DNA of 63,835 nucleotides, the filler included, from Octopus bimaculoides (Eukaryota), in assembly GCF_001194135.2 (NCBI RefSeq). It is 4 parts of 4 records of this genome, joined end to end, with 100 filler letters (N's around TTAATTAATTAA, not from the genome) between each part and the next. Parts side by side here need not be neighbours in the genome. Positions count along the whole stretch, not along the records: positions 57,979 to 63,835 come from NC_068991.1; 3 more parts are not named here. One strand, written 5' to 3'. How positions within the stretch are numbered: the stretch's first letter is position 1; the number at the start of each line of letters is the position of its first letter. A program made the translations under genes and the position numbers. Under the pieces are notes generated by a model. The model did not search any database. It had not been told where the DNA came from and saw only the letters and a list, made by a program, of their open reading frames with translations. This document shows positions 62,661 through 63,835 of this stretch, piece after piece.

Positions 62661-63835
62661 TCATCGTCGTAGTCGTTGTCGTCGTCGTCGTAGTCATTCC
62701 CGTCGTCATCGTAGTCATTCCCATCGTCATCGTAGTCATTCCCGTCGTCATCGTAGTCATTCCCGTCATCGTCGTAGTCATTCCCGTCGTCATCGTAGTC
62801 ATTCCCGTCATCGTCGTAGTCATTCCCGTCGTCATCGTAGTCATTCCCATCGTCATCGTAGTCATTCCCGTCATCGTCGTAGTCATTCCCGTCATCGTCG
62901 TAGTCATTCCCGTCGTCATCGTAGTCATTCCCGTCATCGTCGTAGTCATTCCCGTCGTCATCGTAGTCATTCCCGTCATCGTCGTAGTCATTCCCGTCAT
63001 CGTCGTAGTCATTCCCGTCGTCATCGTACTCATTCCCGTCTTCGTCGTAGTCATTCCCGTCATCGTCGTAGTCATTCCCATCGTCATCGTAGTCATTCCC
63101 GTCGTCATCGTAGTCATTCCCGTCATCTTCGTAGTCATTCCCGTCGTCATCGTAGTCATTCCCGTCGTCATCGTAGTCATTCCCGTCGTCATCGTAGTCA
63201 TTCCCGTCATCGTCGTAGTCATTCCCATCGTCTTCGTAGTAATTCCCGTCGTCATCGTAGTCATTCCCGTCATCGTCGTAGTCATTCCCGTNNNNNNNNN
63301 NNNNNNNNNNNNNNNNNNNNNNNNNNNNNNNNNNNNNNNNNNNNNNNNNNNNNNNNNNNNNNNNNNNNNNNNNNNNNNNNNNNNNNNNNNNGTCATCGTA
63401 GTCATTCCCGTCGTCGTCTTAGTCATTCCCGTCGTCGTCGTTGTCATTCCCGTCGACGTCGTAGTCATTCCCGTCGACGTCGTAGTCATTCCCGTCATCG
63501 TCGTAGTCATTGCCGTCGTCGTTGTAGTCATTCCCGTCGTCATCGTAGTCATTCCCGTCGTCGTCGTAGTCATTCCCGTCGTCATCGTAGTCATTCCCGT
63601 CGTCGTCTTAGTCATTCCCGTCGTCGTCTAAGTCATTCCAGTCGTCGTCTTAGTCATTCCCGTCGTCGTCGTAGTCATTCCCGTCGTCATCGTAGTCATT
63701 CCCGTCGTCTTCGTAGTCATTCCCGTCGTCGTCGTAGTCATTCCCGTCATCGTAGTCATTCCCGTCATCGTCGTAGTCATTCCCGTCGTCGTCGAAGTCA
63801 TTTCCATCGTCATCGTAGTCATTCCCGTCATCGTC
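62661..63835. repeat. 21-bp minisatellite (consensus GTCATCGTAGTCATTCCCGTC), more than 50 units, runs off the window end
   Basis: Read directly; gap at 63292-63391. Confidence 0.97.

Noticed and set aside
1923-63631. Long ORFs in the supplied track (e.g. 1923-2936, 50815-51762, 60401-62213, and the many YIYI/CVCV/HTHT peptides)
   Set aside because: They run through N gaps or simple repeats that lack stop codons; no recognisable domains.

Overview
AT-rich, microsatellite-dense eukaryotic draft-assembly sequence with many N gaps. The repeat families and gap style suggest an octopus genome (inference; no database search was possible). I found no intact, recognisable host protein-coding gene, and almost all ORFs in the supplied track come from microsatellites, N gaps or decayed transposons. 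The first ~36 kb is dominated by tRNA-derived SINEs of several families, labelled A-E here (my own labels), plus LINE 3' ends. From 43.7 to 58.2 kb lies a dense set of transposon fossils: two Penelope-like elements, piggyBac, a full-length mariner, Tc1, a Helitron, two mariner fragments and a LINE end. The most interesting signals are: (1) hammerhead-ribozyme-like motifs, namely a 259-bp foldback at 11833-12091 whose two arms each carry a core and a stem II with compensatory changes, and two minimal type-I motifs with U at the normally invariant A6 (42098-42134, 53161-53196); (2) a 3' stem-loop shared between a LINE family and SINE B; (3) a Helitron whose 5' end is joined to its helicase through a SINE tail; (4) a unique block at 24.15-24.55 kb with a homeodomain-site cluster, splice signals and a 14-codon repeat whose differences are mostly synonymous. 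All functional claims are untested hypotheses.
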